A stretch of DNA of 25,613 bases from Nanobdellota archaeon (GCA_020053375.1 JAGVNG010000026.1:1-25613), one strand, 5' to 3'; shown: positions 8,523 through 16,551, counted from the first letter of the stretch. The notes: generated from the sequence alone by a model not told the origin. Numbers and translations: made by a program.

Positions 8523-10268
8523 CTATCTAAACCAAGCCAAAATTTTCTGTATAATATTTCCTTCTATGCATTGATTTGAGACGCATATATTAGTTCCACA
8601 CTCAAAGTTATTGTCACAGGCTTCTCCGCTTTCTAGTTGTGGACTCCAGGTTCCCCCAACAGCACAATAATTTTCTCCCTTCCTGTTATTGTATGGATAA
8701 CATTTCCCGTTGAGAGAGCAGCCGGAGTCACAGACTGGTGGAACTGCCGTTGTATATTTTTTTATGGTAACCCAGGCGCTTTCTCCAGTGCCCATAAATG
8801 TTATGATATATCTCTTACCATCAACATCTATTACACCGCTTCCTTCTGTGCTGAATGTTGTTTCATATATTTCGCCAGTCATGATATCTTTGAACTTTAC
8901 TCTATCGTTTGTTATAGCGCTTGTGCCAGTTGTCTGGTTGTAAACGTCATATAACATAAGGATACGATTGCCTAAAGTTATATTATCACCAACATTTAAA
9001 TCAAAACTAATCTTATTCCCTGTTTCTTTCACTGTTGCCAAACTTATCCTAAACACAACACTCAAATATCCATTATTTTCATCAGCTTCCTTAACATAAA
9101 CACTGAGTCCATTAACCTCTTTGGTTGCTCCCCCGTTAATTTCTTTTGTAACCCCCTGTCCGCCAGTCGTTGTTACTTCAATCGTTGCCGCAGTATCAGA
9201 CGCGGATAATAATTCTACTTCATAACTAAAATTGTTGAAAGTAACCATTGTTTTGGTATTGTTTGAATCAAGGCAGGTATAACCAGCTTCACATTCTACT
9301 GTCCCAGATATTCCAGATACAAAACTCAACCTTAAAGTAGCGCTCAAAAATAAGTTTGTTTCATCAGCACTTGTGACAGCCACATTTAATCCCTGAATTT
9401 CCTTAGTTTCTAATTCCCTAACTTCTTTTGTCTGGCTCGCTCCTCCATTTGTAACTTTAATTGTAGCAGAGGTATCAGAAGCTGAGATTAACTCAACCTG
9501 ATAAGTATAATTGTTGAAAACAACTGTTGTGATTTTATTGCTGGAATTAAGGCTGATATTTTTATATACTGTTTCTCTCACACAAGCCCCATCAAGACAG
9601 CCGTTGGGGCAATTATAATATTCAAATTGCGGACTATTATCTATCTCACAATATTGTTCTATCAATGTCGGGCCAGTTTCAGAGAGGCTAGAATTTAATG
9701 GATTAGTTCCATCCATACAAGAATCATCTCCTGTTGAATTTATACCACCAATACCCTTTGCAATTACAGTTCCTAATTTATAATAATTCTTTCCGCCATC
9801 ACTATCCGTGCAGGTTTGAACCGTTGTTTCCAAGCTTAACCCCAGCACAACCTTCAAAAATCCATTGTTTTCATCAGCACTTTTAACATAAACATTCAAC
9901 CCTCCGATTTTTTTGGTTGCTCCCTCATCGACTTCTTTTGTCTCGCTATTAACTTTTATAGTCGCTGTAGTATCAGAAGCGGAAATCAAACTCACAACAT
10001 AACTAGCACCATCAACAAACACTCTTTTGCCTAAATTATTTGAATCCAAACAAGTATATCCCTCTTCACATTGTGTTGTTCCATCCACAGGGTTGTTAGA
10101 ATCTTCAACAATCGCTACCTGACCGGTGATTTTATTCCAAAAATCATTAAACCATCCAGCAGAAACCAAGCTTAAAGATAATATTAAAATTATAGACACA
10201 GAAAACATAACCAACGACCTCTTTTCCATTCCTATGGAAAACGAGCGAACCCGTGAGCCTCTTTTCAT
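8523..10268 (-). CDS. secreted Cys-rich surface protein with three ~60-aa internal repeats
   Basis: N-terminal signal/anchor (an alternative start at M14 gives MEKRSLVMFSVSIILILSLSLVSAG). The repeat (Y)xVxL(I/L)SASDT(T/S/A)ATI(K/E)V...KE(V/I)...GL(N/S)V(Y/A)V(K/T)(S/E)ADE(N/T)N occurs three times. Cys-rich modules lie between the repeats and at the C-terminus. Confidence 0.85.
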   Translation of the reverse strand: MKRGSRVRSFSIGMEKRSLVMFSVSIILILSLSLVSAGWFNDFWNKITGQVAIVEDSNNPVDGTTQCEEGYTCLDSNNLGKRVFVDGASYVVSLISASDTTATIKVNSETKEVDEGATKKIGGLNVYVKSADENNGFLKVVLGLSLETTVQTCTDSDGGKNYYKLGTVIAKGIGGINSTGDDSCMDGTNPLNSSLSETGPTLIEQYCEIDNSPQFEYYNCPNGCLDGACVRETVYKNISLNSSNKITTVVFNNYTYQVELISASDTSATIKVTNGGASQTKEVRELETKEIQGLNVAVTSADETNLFLSATLRLSFVSGISGTVECEAGYTCLDSNNTKTMVTFNNFSYEVELLSASDTAATIEVTTTGGQGVTKEINGGATKEVNGLSVYVKEADENNGYLSVVFRISLATVKETGNKISFDLNVGDNITLGNRILMLYDVYNQTTGTSAITNDRVKFKDIMTGEIYETTFSTEGSGVIDVDGKRYIITFMGTGESAWVTIKKYTTAVPPVCDSGCSLNGKCYPYNNRKGENYCAVGGTWSPQLESGEACDNNFECGTNICVSNQCIEGNIIQKILAWFR

Positions 10269-10302
10269 TTTAATTTAACCTTGCTGATATACAGAAAATT
10301 GG

Positions 10303-10322
10303 TATATATATATATATATATA
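10303..10322. repeat. (TA)10 dinucleotide microsatellite in the promoter region of 8523..10268
   Basis: Read directly: tatatatatatatatatata. It ends 34 nt upstream of the ATG at 10268 on the minus strand. Confidence 0.9.
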
Positions 10323-10338
10323 TTTCGGTAATGGACTT

Positions 10339-10743
10339 TCAAAAAGCCCTTTTGATTTCTCTGATTTTATTAAAATCAGAATCATCTGAGACCATTTGAA
10401 TTATATTGTTATCTAATGCAGTTGCAGCATGTATAGCATCTCTTGGTTTGAGACCATATTTTTTCATTAGTTCCTGTGATCTAGAAATAATTGATTGGGT
10501 TGCATCGAGAAACAGGATGTTGGGAAGTCTAAGAAAATTTCTTCCTTGTTCAAGCGCTTTAATTTTTCCTTCTTTCTTCCAGATAGAATGAACAACTTCA
10601 TCCCAGGTTAAAACAGATGTATAGCCAGCAAATTTATTCTGGGATACTTCAAGCAGAATTTTTCTGCATTTTTCGCCAAGGGGACCATTATTTATAGCAG
10701 CATAAACAAAAATGTTAGCGTCAAGGTAAATCATAGCTTTCAT
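10339..10743 (-). CDS. vapC: PIN-domain toxin (VapC-like)
   Basis: 134 aa. Acidic PIN residues occur in the usual contexts (IYLDANIF, TWDEV, DAIHAATA, SDDSDF). It overlaps the upstream antitoxin ORF by 23 nt. Confidence 0.85.
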   Translation of the reverse strand: MKAMIYLDANIFVYAAINNGPLGEKCRKILLEVSQNKFAGYTSVLTWDEVVHSIWKKEGKIKALEQGRNFLRLPNILFLDATQSIISRSQELMKKYGLKPRDAIHAATALDNNIIQMVSDDSDFNKIREIKRAF

Positions 10744-10966
10744 TCTCTATTTTTTTCAATTCTTTTAATGTTATGTCTTTGCTCCTTGTTCTGGATAAGG
10801 TAAAAAATCTTTCAAGCGCGTCTTTAGTATCTTCTTTCTTTATTTTTACTTCTTTATCCCCGATTTCGAAAATCACTTCATTTCCCTTTTGCAGGTTTAA
10901 CATCTTCCGGATATCGCTTGGGATAACTACCTGCCCTTTTTCTCCAATAAATCTTTTAATAATCAT
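10721..10966 (-). CDS. vapB: AbrB/SpoVT-type antitoxin (VapB-like)
   Basis: 81 aa. The N-terminal swapped-hairpin pattern GEKGQVVIPSDIRKMLNLQKGNEVIFEI is typical of AbrB/MazE-fold antitoxins. It lies immediately upstream of, and overlaps, the PIN gene. Confidence 0.8.
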   Translation of the reverse strand: MIIKRFIGEKGQVVIPSDIRKMLNLQKGNEVIFEIGDKEVKIKKEDTKDALERFFTLSRTRSKDITLKELKKIENESYDLP

Positions 10967-11097
10967 GATACCTTAATTACTACCTGCTATTTAAACTTTT
11001 TCATACCTTAAAGTAGGACTTTTAAATAGAATCCAAAATCACCGCCAGCACAACAATAGCATTGCAGAGAATTTTATTCATTCAAATTTCTTTTTTC

Positions 11098-11835
11098 TTA
11101 ATCTTCAGTCTCAACTCTTGGAGCAAGGACAAACTTCAGTTCCATAAACTCGTTTCTGAATTCAAGCTTTAGTGGATGGTCATTTGCAAATTCAAGAAGG
11201 CTTTTGTCGCACAGCTTTGCTCCCTTTGTGAATTTTTGCAAATATTCAAGGCTGTATTTTGACCTGCAATTTTCCGCCTTTATTCTTGCCTCATCTCCGG
11301 AGAACTCCGCCCTTGCGGAATTCAGTCCCTTTGCCTCTATTATGAACTTCTCGTTCTCTATTATGAAGGAACAGGAGTCAGACACAATCGAGCAGTCTTC
11401 TATTGAGTCAACAAAGTCTATGGAATTCAGCTCGACAGAGGAAGAAAATTCCATTCTCTCGGTTTTTGATTTGAAGTCTATGTCATTGCCTTCGATGTCT
11501 ATAAGGCTCAGGACAAAGTTTCTTTTTATCCTGTCTCGAATCTGTATTTCAAGCGTATTTTCCTTTTTTTCCATCAGCAAAGAGCTTCCCGACCCGCACC
11601 TCTTTAGTATTTGTTTTAGGTTATCCAGATTTACCCCCAGAGTCTCTGCTCCAGCCTCAAATCTTGAGAAGGATTTTTTTGGAAGCTTGAACCCGACAAG
11701 GGACACGTTTGCAGGATCCATCGCAGTTATGCTCAATCCCGACTCATCCACCTTTATCCTCACCTCATTCACAAGCTCGGATATTATCTCAACAATTCTT
11801 GATAATACAGCTGGATTCTGCAGTTCTATTAACAT
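11098..11835 (-). CDS. pcn: DNA polymerase sliding clamp (PCNA)
   Basis: 245 aa. Length, N-terminal pattern (LSRIVEIISELVNEVRIKVDESGLSITAMDPANVSLV) and overall layout are typical of archaeal PCNA. Confidence 0.93.
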   Translation of the reverse strand: MLIELQNPAVLSRIVEIISELVNEVRIKVDESGLSITAMDPANVSLVGFKLPKKSFSRFEAGAETLGVNLDNLKQILKRCGSGSSLLMEKKENTLEIQIRDRIKRNFVLSLIDIEGNDIDFKSKTERMEFSSSVELNSIDFVDSIEDCSIVSDSCSFIIENEKFIIEAKGLNSARAEFSGDEARIKAENCRSKYSLEYLQKFTKGAKLCDKSLLEFANDHPLKLEFRNEFMELKFVLAPRVETED

Positions 11836-11929
11836 CTTCTTTAGTGCCTCATCTCTTTTTTAAGCATTATTATGTTTAAGTATAGGGTAATTATATAAAT
11901 CTTTCACAATTTAAAAATTATATAGTAAA

Positions 11930-12382
11930 ATGCTTATAAGAAAAGCCAATAAAGGGGATTATCTGGAAGCAATTGAAATAGCAAAAAATTTGAAAGAGTG
12001 GTTTACCAAGGAAGCTATAAGTAATATGAAAACAGATTTTTTGCATAATAATCTGATTGTGGCAGTCGAAGGGAAAAAAATTATTGGTTTCTTATGTTAT
12101 TCTGCTAATAGCGGAAAGATGCAGATTATATGGATGGGCGTTCAAAGGGATTTGCAGGGAAAGGGAATAGGGGAAAAACTCCTGAAAGAGCTGGAAAAAG
12201 AAGCAAGGAATTATAATCTGCATTCAATTGAAGTTGAAACGCTTCCTGAAGAAAAGAATTATGGGCCTTATAATTCAACGAGAAACTTTTATTACAAAAA
12301 TGGTTTTAAAAGAATTGCATATAAAAAAGCAAGAATTAAAGGTTGGGATGACCAAATCGTTATGAAGAAAAAATTAATTTAG
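11930..12382 (+). CDS. GNAT-family N-acetyltransferase
   Basis: 150 aa. Acetyl-CoA motif A VQRDLQGKGIGEKLLKELEKEA (Q/R-x-x-G-x-G) and C-terminal YYKNGF. Confidence 0.85.
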   Translation: MLIRKANKGDYLEAIEIAKNLKEWFTKEAISNMKTDFLHNNLIVAVEGKKIIGFLCYSANSGKMQIIWMGVQRDLQGKGIGEKLLKELEKEARNYNLHSIEVETLPEEKNYGPYNSTRNFYYKNGFKRIAYKKARIKGWDDQIVMKKKLI

Positions 12383-12390
12383 CTTTTAAA

Positions 12391-13755
12391 ATGGAAAATC
12401 AAAACAAGGAAGAAACAAGCGAAAAAGAAGAAAGAATAAGGAAAATAACCCTTGTGTATTATTCAAGGCCTGAAATTCAAAGGGCAATCTTCGATTTTGC
12501 GCAGAACAGGGAGACTATCCCGAAATACTTTGAAGGCTTTGGAAAAAGGCCAGACATGCTTCAATATGCCAATGATGTTTTTGAATTTGCAAAAAAAGGA
12601 GCAACTTCATTTAACTGCTCAGAGGAAATATGGAAAGACCCTTTGAAGCTTTCAACTGGCTTGAATGAAAAACAATTAAATGAACTAAGGACTGGCTGGG
12701 ACCTGCTTATTGATATAGACAGCAAATACCTAGATTACAGCAAAGTCATGGCAGAACTGGTTGTCAAGATGCTCAATCTGCATGGAGTGAATAATATAGG
12801 AATAAAGTTCAGCGGAAGCAAAGGATTTCATATCATTGTTCCATGGAAAGCATTTCCCAACGAGATAAACGAAGTAAGGACTTCGGAGATGTTCCCAAAA
12901 TATCCAAGAATTATCCTGAAATATATAACAGACAGAATTAAACCAGAGTTAATCAAGAGAATAACCTCAATTTCAACTTCCAATAAATATGTCAAGGATT
13001 TTCAGGCTCCCAAAGAGGTTATTCCCGACATGATTCTTGTTTCTCCCAGGCATCTTTTTCGAACTCCATACTCATTACATGAAAAAACATCTCTTTCAAG
13101 CGTTGTTTTGACCTTGGAGGAACTGAAAGCCTTCAGTCCAAGGGATGCAGACCCCTTTAAGGTTAAAGTCAGAAACTTTATTCCCGACTCGGCAGAAGGG
13201 GAGGCATCGAGATTATTGATGCAGGCGCTTGATTGGCACAAGGAAAACAATCCCAATGAAGAGGAAAGCAAGAATTATGAGGCAAAAACCTACAAACCGA
13301 TAAAATTGGAGAAAATTTCAGATGAATATTTCCCACCATCCATAAAAAAAATCCTGCAAGGCTTATCTGACGGAAGAAAGAGGGCACTGTTTGTTTTGCT
13401 GAATCTTTTTCGTTCAATAGGAATGGAAAGGGATGAACTGGAAAAAAGAATTTACGAATGGAACAATAAAAATGCTGTCTCATTGAAGGAAGGCTACATA
13501 AAATCCCAGATATTGTGGAGTTACAGAAACAAGATAGTTCCTCCTCCAAACTACGACAAGGATTACTACAAGGGCATAGGGGTGATTCCCACAGAAGAGG
13601 AAATGAGATACAAAAATCCTGTAAATTACGTAGCCAAAAAAACTTTGAGCGAAAGAAAATCCGAGAACAAAAAGGTTGATAAAAAAACACAAAACAAAGA
13701 CGATGAGAGTGAAAAAAAAGATTTTGATGGCTCTGGCAAAATGAAAAAAGGATAA
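12391..13755 (+). CDS. priS: archaeo-eukaryotic DNA primase: PriS catalytic domain fused to a PriL-CTD-like helical domain, plus a Lys-rich tail
   Basis: AEP motifs DLLIDIDS (DxD), SGSKGFHIIVPW and RTPYSLHEKT. The C-terminal YFPPSIKKILQGLSDGRKRALFVLLNLFRSIGMERDEL...IVPPPNY resembles the PriL C-terminal domain with its Cys ligands replaced. The whole protein contains only one Cys. Confidence 0.9.
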   Translation: MENQNKEETSEKEERIRKITLVYYSRPEIQRAIFDFAQNRETIPKYFEGFGKRPDMLQYANDVFEFAKKGATSFNCSEEIWKDPLKLSTGLNEKQLNELRTGWDLLIDIDSKYLDYSKVMAELVVKMLNLHGVNNIGIKFSGSKGFHIIVPWKAFPNEINEVRTSEMFPKYPRIILKYITDRIKPELIKRITSISTSNKYVKDFQAPKEVIPDMILVSPRHLFRTPYSLHEKTSLSSVVLTLEELKAFSPRDADPFKVKVRNFIPDSAEGEASRLLMQALDWHKENNPNEEESKNYEAKTYKPIKLEKISDEYFPPSIKKILQGLSDGRKRALFVLLNLFRSIGMERDELEKRIYEWNNKNAVSLKEGYIKSQILWSYRNKIVPPPNYDKDYYKGIGVIPTEEEMRYKNPVNYVAKKTLSERKSENKKVDKKTQNKDDESEKKDFDGSGKMKKG

Positions 13756-13780
13756 CATTAATGAATACCTGCTTTTTGTT

Positions 13781-13795
13781 ACTATTATAAAATTA
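13781..13795 (+). promoter_or_regulatory. conserved upstream element ACTATTATAAAATTA (inside TTACTA-N9-TAGTAA inverted repeat), copy 1
   Basis: Exact 15-mer also at 5857-5871. A copy with one mismatch lies at 21125-21139. Each copy sits 13-14 nt from a TATA box. Confidence 0.5.
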
Positions 13796-13808
13796 GTAAT
13801 AAGAAAGA

Positions 13809-13816
13809 TTTATAAA
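13809..13816 (+). promoter_or_regulatory. TATA box (TTTATAAA) of DGR target gene 1
   Basis: Ends 21 nt upstream of the ATG at 13838. The context aagaaagatttataaat is duplicated upstream of target gene 2. Confidence 0.55.
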
Positions 13817-13837
13817 TACTACGTTCCCTGTAAAATA

Positions 13838-14506
13838 ATGGAAACAGCAACTAAAAAACAAGGAATTGTTTATACTCAACCAAGCGAAGGTTTTTGGGAT
13901 GTTCCCGGAGTTTTGTATAGAGGAAAAACAGGAACTTACAGGCTTTTTGAGCAAATGACTTCTGCTATGAATCAGGAACAGCTTGCTGAACTTTATGAAA
14001 CTGAAAAGCAAAAAGGAAACCCACATCCAACAGATGCGCCTTTAATCTTGGCAATTGCTTCCGTGGCGCATTCCTCAAGAGATGAAAATCCTCAAGACAC
14101 TGAAAGATTAAGACAGTTTCTTAGAACGAGCTTCAGAAAATATCCAAATACTTTAACAAGAATTGCTTATGAGCCTTCAGGAAAAGATAAAATTATTCAC
14201 AATTACAAAACTTCAGATGAATATTCAATTGAAGAAAGTGTTGTTGGTCCTGATGGTTTGATGAATGAAATTTCCAATAAAAAAGTATTAGAATCACTTC
14301 TCGGAACAAGTAATGTGACTCAAATTAATGCAGTATCTCAATGGATTAATGGAACCGATAGCTATATTTGGAGATTAAATTCAAAACCTTCAAAAAAAGA
14401 TGAAAGAGTTGCCAGGTTCGACGCCGCCGGCGGCAGGTTCGGCCTTTTCTGCCTCAGGTTTTCTCGTGATGGGTGTCCTGCTTTTCGGGTATTGAAGGTT
14501 GATTAG
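13838..14506 (+). CDS. DGR variable (target) protein, paralog 1; C-terminal variable region
   Basis: 222 aa, roughly 75% identical by eye to 21182..21862. The last ~28 codons align to the TR at 22230-22313 with adenine-specific mismatches. No signal peptide or TM helix is visible. Confidence 0.85.
   Translation: METATKKQGIVYTQPSEGFWDVPGVLYRGKTGTYRLFEQMTSAMNQEQLAELYETEKQKGNPHPTDAPLILAIASVAHSSRDENPQDTERLRQFLRTSFRKYPNTLTRIAYEPSGKDKIIHNYKTSDEYSIEESVVGPDGLMNEISNKKVLESLLGTSNVTQINAVSQWINGTDSYIWRLNSKPSKKDERVARFDAAGGRFGLFCLRFSRDGCPAFRVLKVD
14408..14491 (+). repeat. DGR variable repeat VR1
   Basis: Hand alignment to the TR shows differences at 19 of 25 TR adenines and at only 1 of 59 non-A positions (ctc->ctt). 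Confidence 0.85.
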
Positions 14507-14527
14507 GCGGTTTGTTTTGCTCGCCAG
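14477..14527 (+). repeat. 51-nt block identical behind both VRs (A-free TR-matching end, gene 3' end, GC hairpin ggcgg-N-ctcgcc); copy 1
   Basis: cctgcttttcgggtattgaaggttgattaggcggtttgttttgctcgccag is identical at 21833-21883, although the paralogs diverge elsewhere. Confidence 0.8.
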
Positions 14528-14600
14528 AATGAGTTAAGCAATAAAAATATTTCTAAGAGAAATTCAAAAACACCTCAAAAATAGCTTTTTATCTGAGAAA

Positions 14601-14610
14601 TATTTAAAAA
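14601..14610 (+). promoter_or_regulatory. TATA-like box (TATTTAAAAA)
   Basis: Ends 21 nt upstream of the ATG at 14632. Confidence 0.4.
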
Positions 14611-14631
14611 GAAGAACAGACTGCCTATATA

Positions 14632-16509
14632 ATGAAAAGCAAGGTGGTGTTATCTTTAGTATTTTCTTTGTTTCTGATATTCTTTCTGTCAAACATCTCA
14701 GCAGGATTAAATACCACCCAGATTAATAATGGTTACAGCTGTTTGCAGAACAAAACAGCAAATTGCTCAACCTCGCTGGATGATAATATATTCACGCTTT
14801 TGTCAATGCAAACATGCAAGAGTCAGGTTTTGCAGGCTTCGTCCAATGAAACATGCTGGCCAAAGGGCACATGCAATGTGAAGCAGACAGCGCAGGCTCT
14901 TCTTGCGCTGAGAGAATCTGGTTCGTCCGCGTCCAAGGCAGAGAATTGGTTAATCTCCAAAAACAGGACGACTCAAGATATAGAATGGTATCTGCAGATA
15001 GAAAGCAACGAGGCCACAACATGCTCTATATCTTATGGCTCTGCGAATTCAATTTCTATTTCAATAGATGCAGACAAAACAATAAGAGCAAATGGGGATT
15101 TGGGAGACTGCCTTTCCTTGGCGCAGGATAATTACTGGCTGGCAATAGCTCCTTCTCCGCAATGCCAGAAATATGAATATACTATTTCCTGCGACAAGAA
15201 TTTTATCACCAGCACCCTGTTTAAAAAGCAGGATTCAGAGGTGATTAATGTCGGTGAAAAAATTCATTCAGCTTCTTCTTCACCTTCTTCAAAAGGAACT
15301 ACCACAGAGAAAATTAATTCATTATGTTTTGCAGACGGACAAACATGCAACTATGAAGGAACTTTGTGGGCTTCGCTTGTTCTTAATTTAATGGACAAGG
15401 ATGTTTCCCCATATATTCCTTATCTTGTCACAATGGCGGACAGCTATCCAGGAACTCTTCCAGAAGCTTTCCTTTACATGCTTCTCGGAGACGATTATAA
15501 AAATGATTTGTTGCTTAAGCAGAAAAGCAATCAGTATTGGGAAGCATCAGGAAACAAATATTATGGCACCGCTCTCGCCCTCCTTGCTCTGCAGTCAGAT
15601 GATGCCTCGACGGCGAAAACAAATGCTCTCGACTGGCTTGGGGACACGCAGGGAAAAAACGGATGCTGGCAGGATAATATAAAAAACACGGCATTTTTGC
15701 TTTACGCAATTTCTCCTGGAGCAGGATTTAACGGTGGAGACGGTGGAGACGATGGAACTGGCGGAGACGGAAACGGTGATAACAGCACCTCTGGTCTGGA
15801 CTGTGAAGATAATGGTTATTATTGCATGTCCATTTACAGCTGCAATAATAATGCAGGAGGAAATGTTCTTGACGATTATGAGTGCTCTTCAGGATGGAAT
15901 AATAAATGCTGCGACAAGCCAAAACAAACCTCCACATGTTCAGAGCAGGGAGGAGAAATCTGCAGCGGAAACGAACAGTGTGTTGAAGGAACAGTTGCAG
16001 ATGCTTCTGACAGCGGGTTGGGAGAGTGCTGTGTTGGAGGAGAATGTGTTCCTGGAGGAGATGACGGAGGGACAGAGAATTCCTGCGAAACAAGCGGGGG
16101 AATATGCAAATCATTTGAATGTGGAAGCGGAGAGGAATCAGACACTTCTCTTGACTGCGATGCTCCATCAGAGGTATGCTGTGTGCAGGCTCAAACTTCC
16201 TCCTTAACTGGCTCATTGTGGATATGGATTATATTGGCTTTGATAGTCCTGTTGATTCTTATGATTGTGTTTAGGGATGGACTAAGAAGATTCTGGCTGT
16301 ATGCGAAGACGATGTTCAAGCCTTCCGGGCCATCTGGAGGCGGAGGGGCGCATTATAATTCATCTTACTTTGGAGCGCCGATGAGAAGGTTTGCTCCGCG
16401 AAGAATACTGCCGTCCGCAGGACCGACACATCACGGACCAACTCCAGCAAGAAGAGCAGGCGGAGAATTAGATGATGTTTTGAAGAAGCTGAAAGATATG
16501 AGTAGATAA
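14632..16509 (+). CDS. secreted, C-terminally anchored protein with alpha/alpha-toroid (prenyltransferase/terpene-cyclase-like) repeats, a Gly/Asp linker and three Cys-rich modules
   Basis: Signal peptide MKSKVVLSLVFSLFLIFFLSNISAG. Repeat-like QTAQALLALRESG, YYGTALALLALQS and NGCWQDNIKNTAFLLYAI. Linker GGDGGDDGTGGDGNGDN. The Cys-rich modules each contain a CC pair. TM helix LWIWIILALIVLLILMIVF followed by a basic, Pro-rich tail. Confidence 0.8.
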   Translation: MKSKVVLSLVFSLFLIFFLSNISAGLNTTQINNGYSCLQNKTANCSTSLDDNIFTLLSMQTCKSQVLQASSNETCWPKGTCNVKQTAQALLALRESGSSASKAENWLISKNRTTQDIEWYLQIESNEATTCSISYGSANSISISIDADKTIRANGDLGDCLSLAQDNYWLAIAPSPQCQKYEYTISCDKNFITSTLFKKQDSEVINVGEKIHSASSSPSSKGTTTEKINSLCFADGQTCNYEGTLWASLVLNLMDKDVSPYIPYLVTMADSYPGTLPEAFLYMLLGDDYKNDLLLKQKSNQYWEASGNKYYGTALALLALQSDDASTAKTNALDWLGDTQGKNGCWQDNIKNTAFLLYAISPGAGFNGGDGGDDGTGGDGNGDNSTSGLDCEDNGYYCMSIYSCNNNAGGNVLDDYECSSGWNNKCCDKPKQTSTCSEQGGEICSGNEQCVEGTVADASDSGLGECCVGGECVPGGDDGGTENSCETSGGICKSFECGSGEESDTSLDCDAPSEVCCVQAQTSSLTGSLWIWIILALIVLLILMIVFRDGLRRFWLYAKTMFKPSGPSGGGGAHYNSSYFGAPMRRFAPRRILPSAGPTHHGPTPARRAGGELDDVLKKLKDMSR

Positions 16510-16551
16510 TCACCAAAATATTAATATAGGAATAAAATATTATTTTTCTTT

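Noticed and set aside
11204-11863. 219-aa plus-strand ORF antisense to PCNA
   Set aside because: Ser/Phe-rich low-complexity translation that fully overlaps the PCNA gene. Shadow ORF.
13002-13758. Minus-strand ORFs (13002..13271, 13178..13690, 13480..13758) and 13793..14026 / 21203..21445
   Set aside because: These are antisense to the primase and to the DGR target genes. The latter two are conserved only because the sense genes are paralogs.
15728-16216. Several 89-162-aa ORFs on both strands (15728..16216, 15734..16207, 15876..16145, 15401..15709)
   Set aside because: They lie inside the GC-richer, Gly/Asp/Cys-coding part of 14632..16509, where stop codons are rare in all frames. Their translations are compositionally odd. 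The long frame has a coherent signal peptide, repeats and TM architecture.
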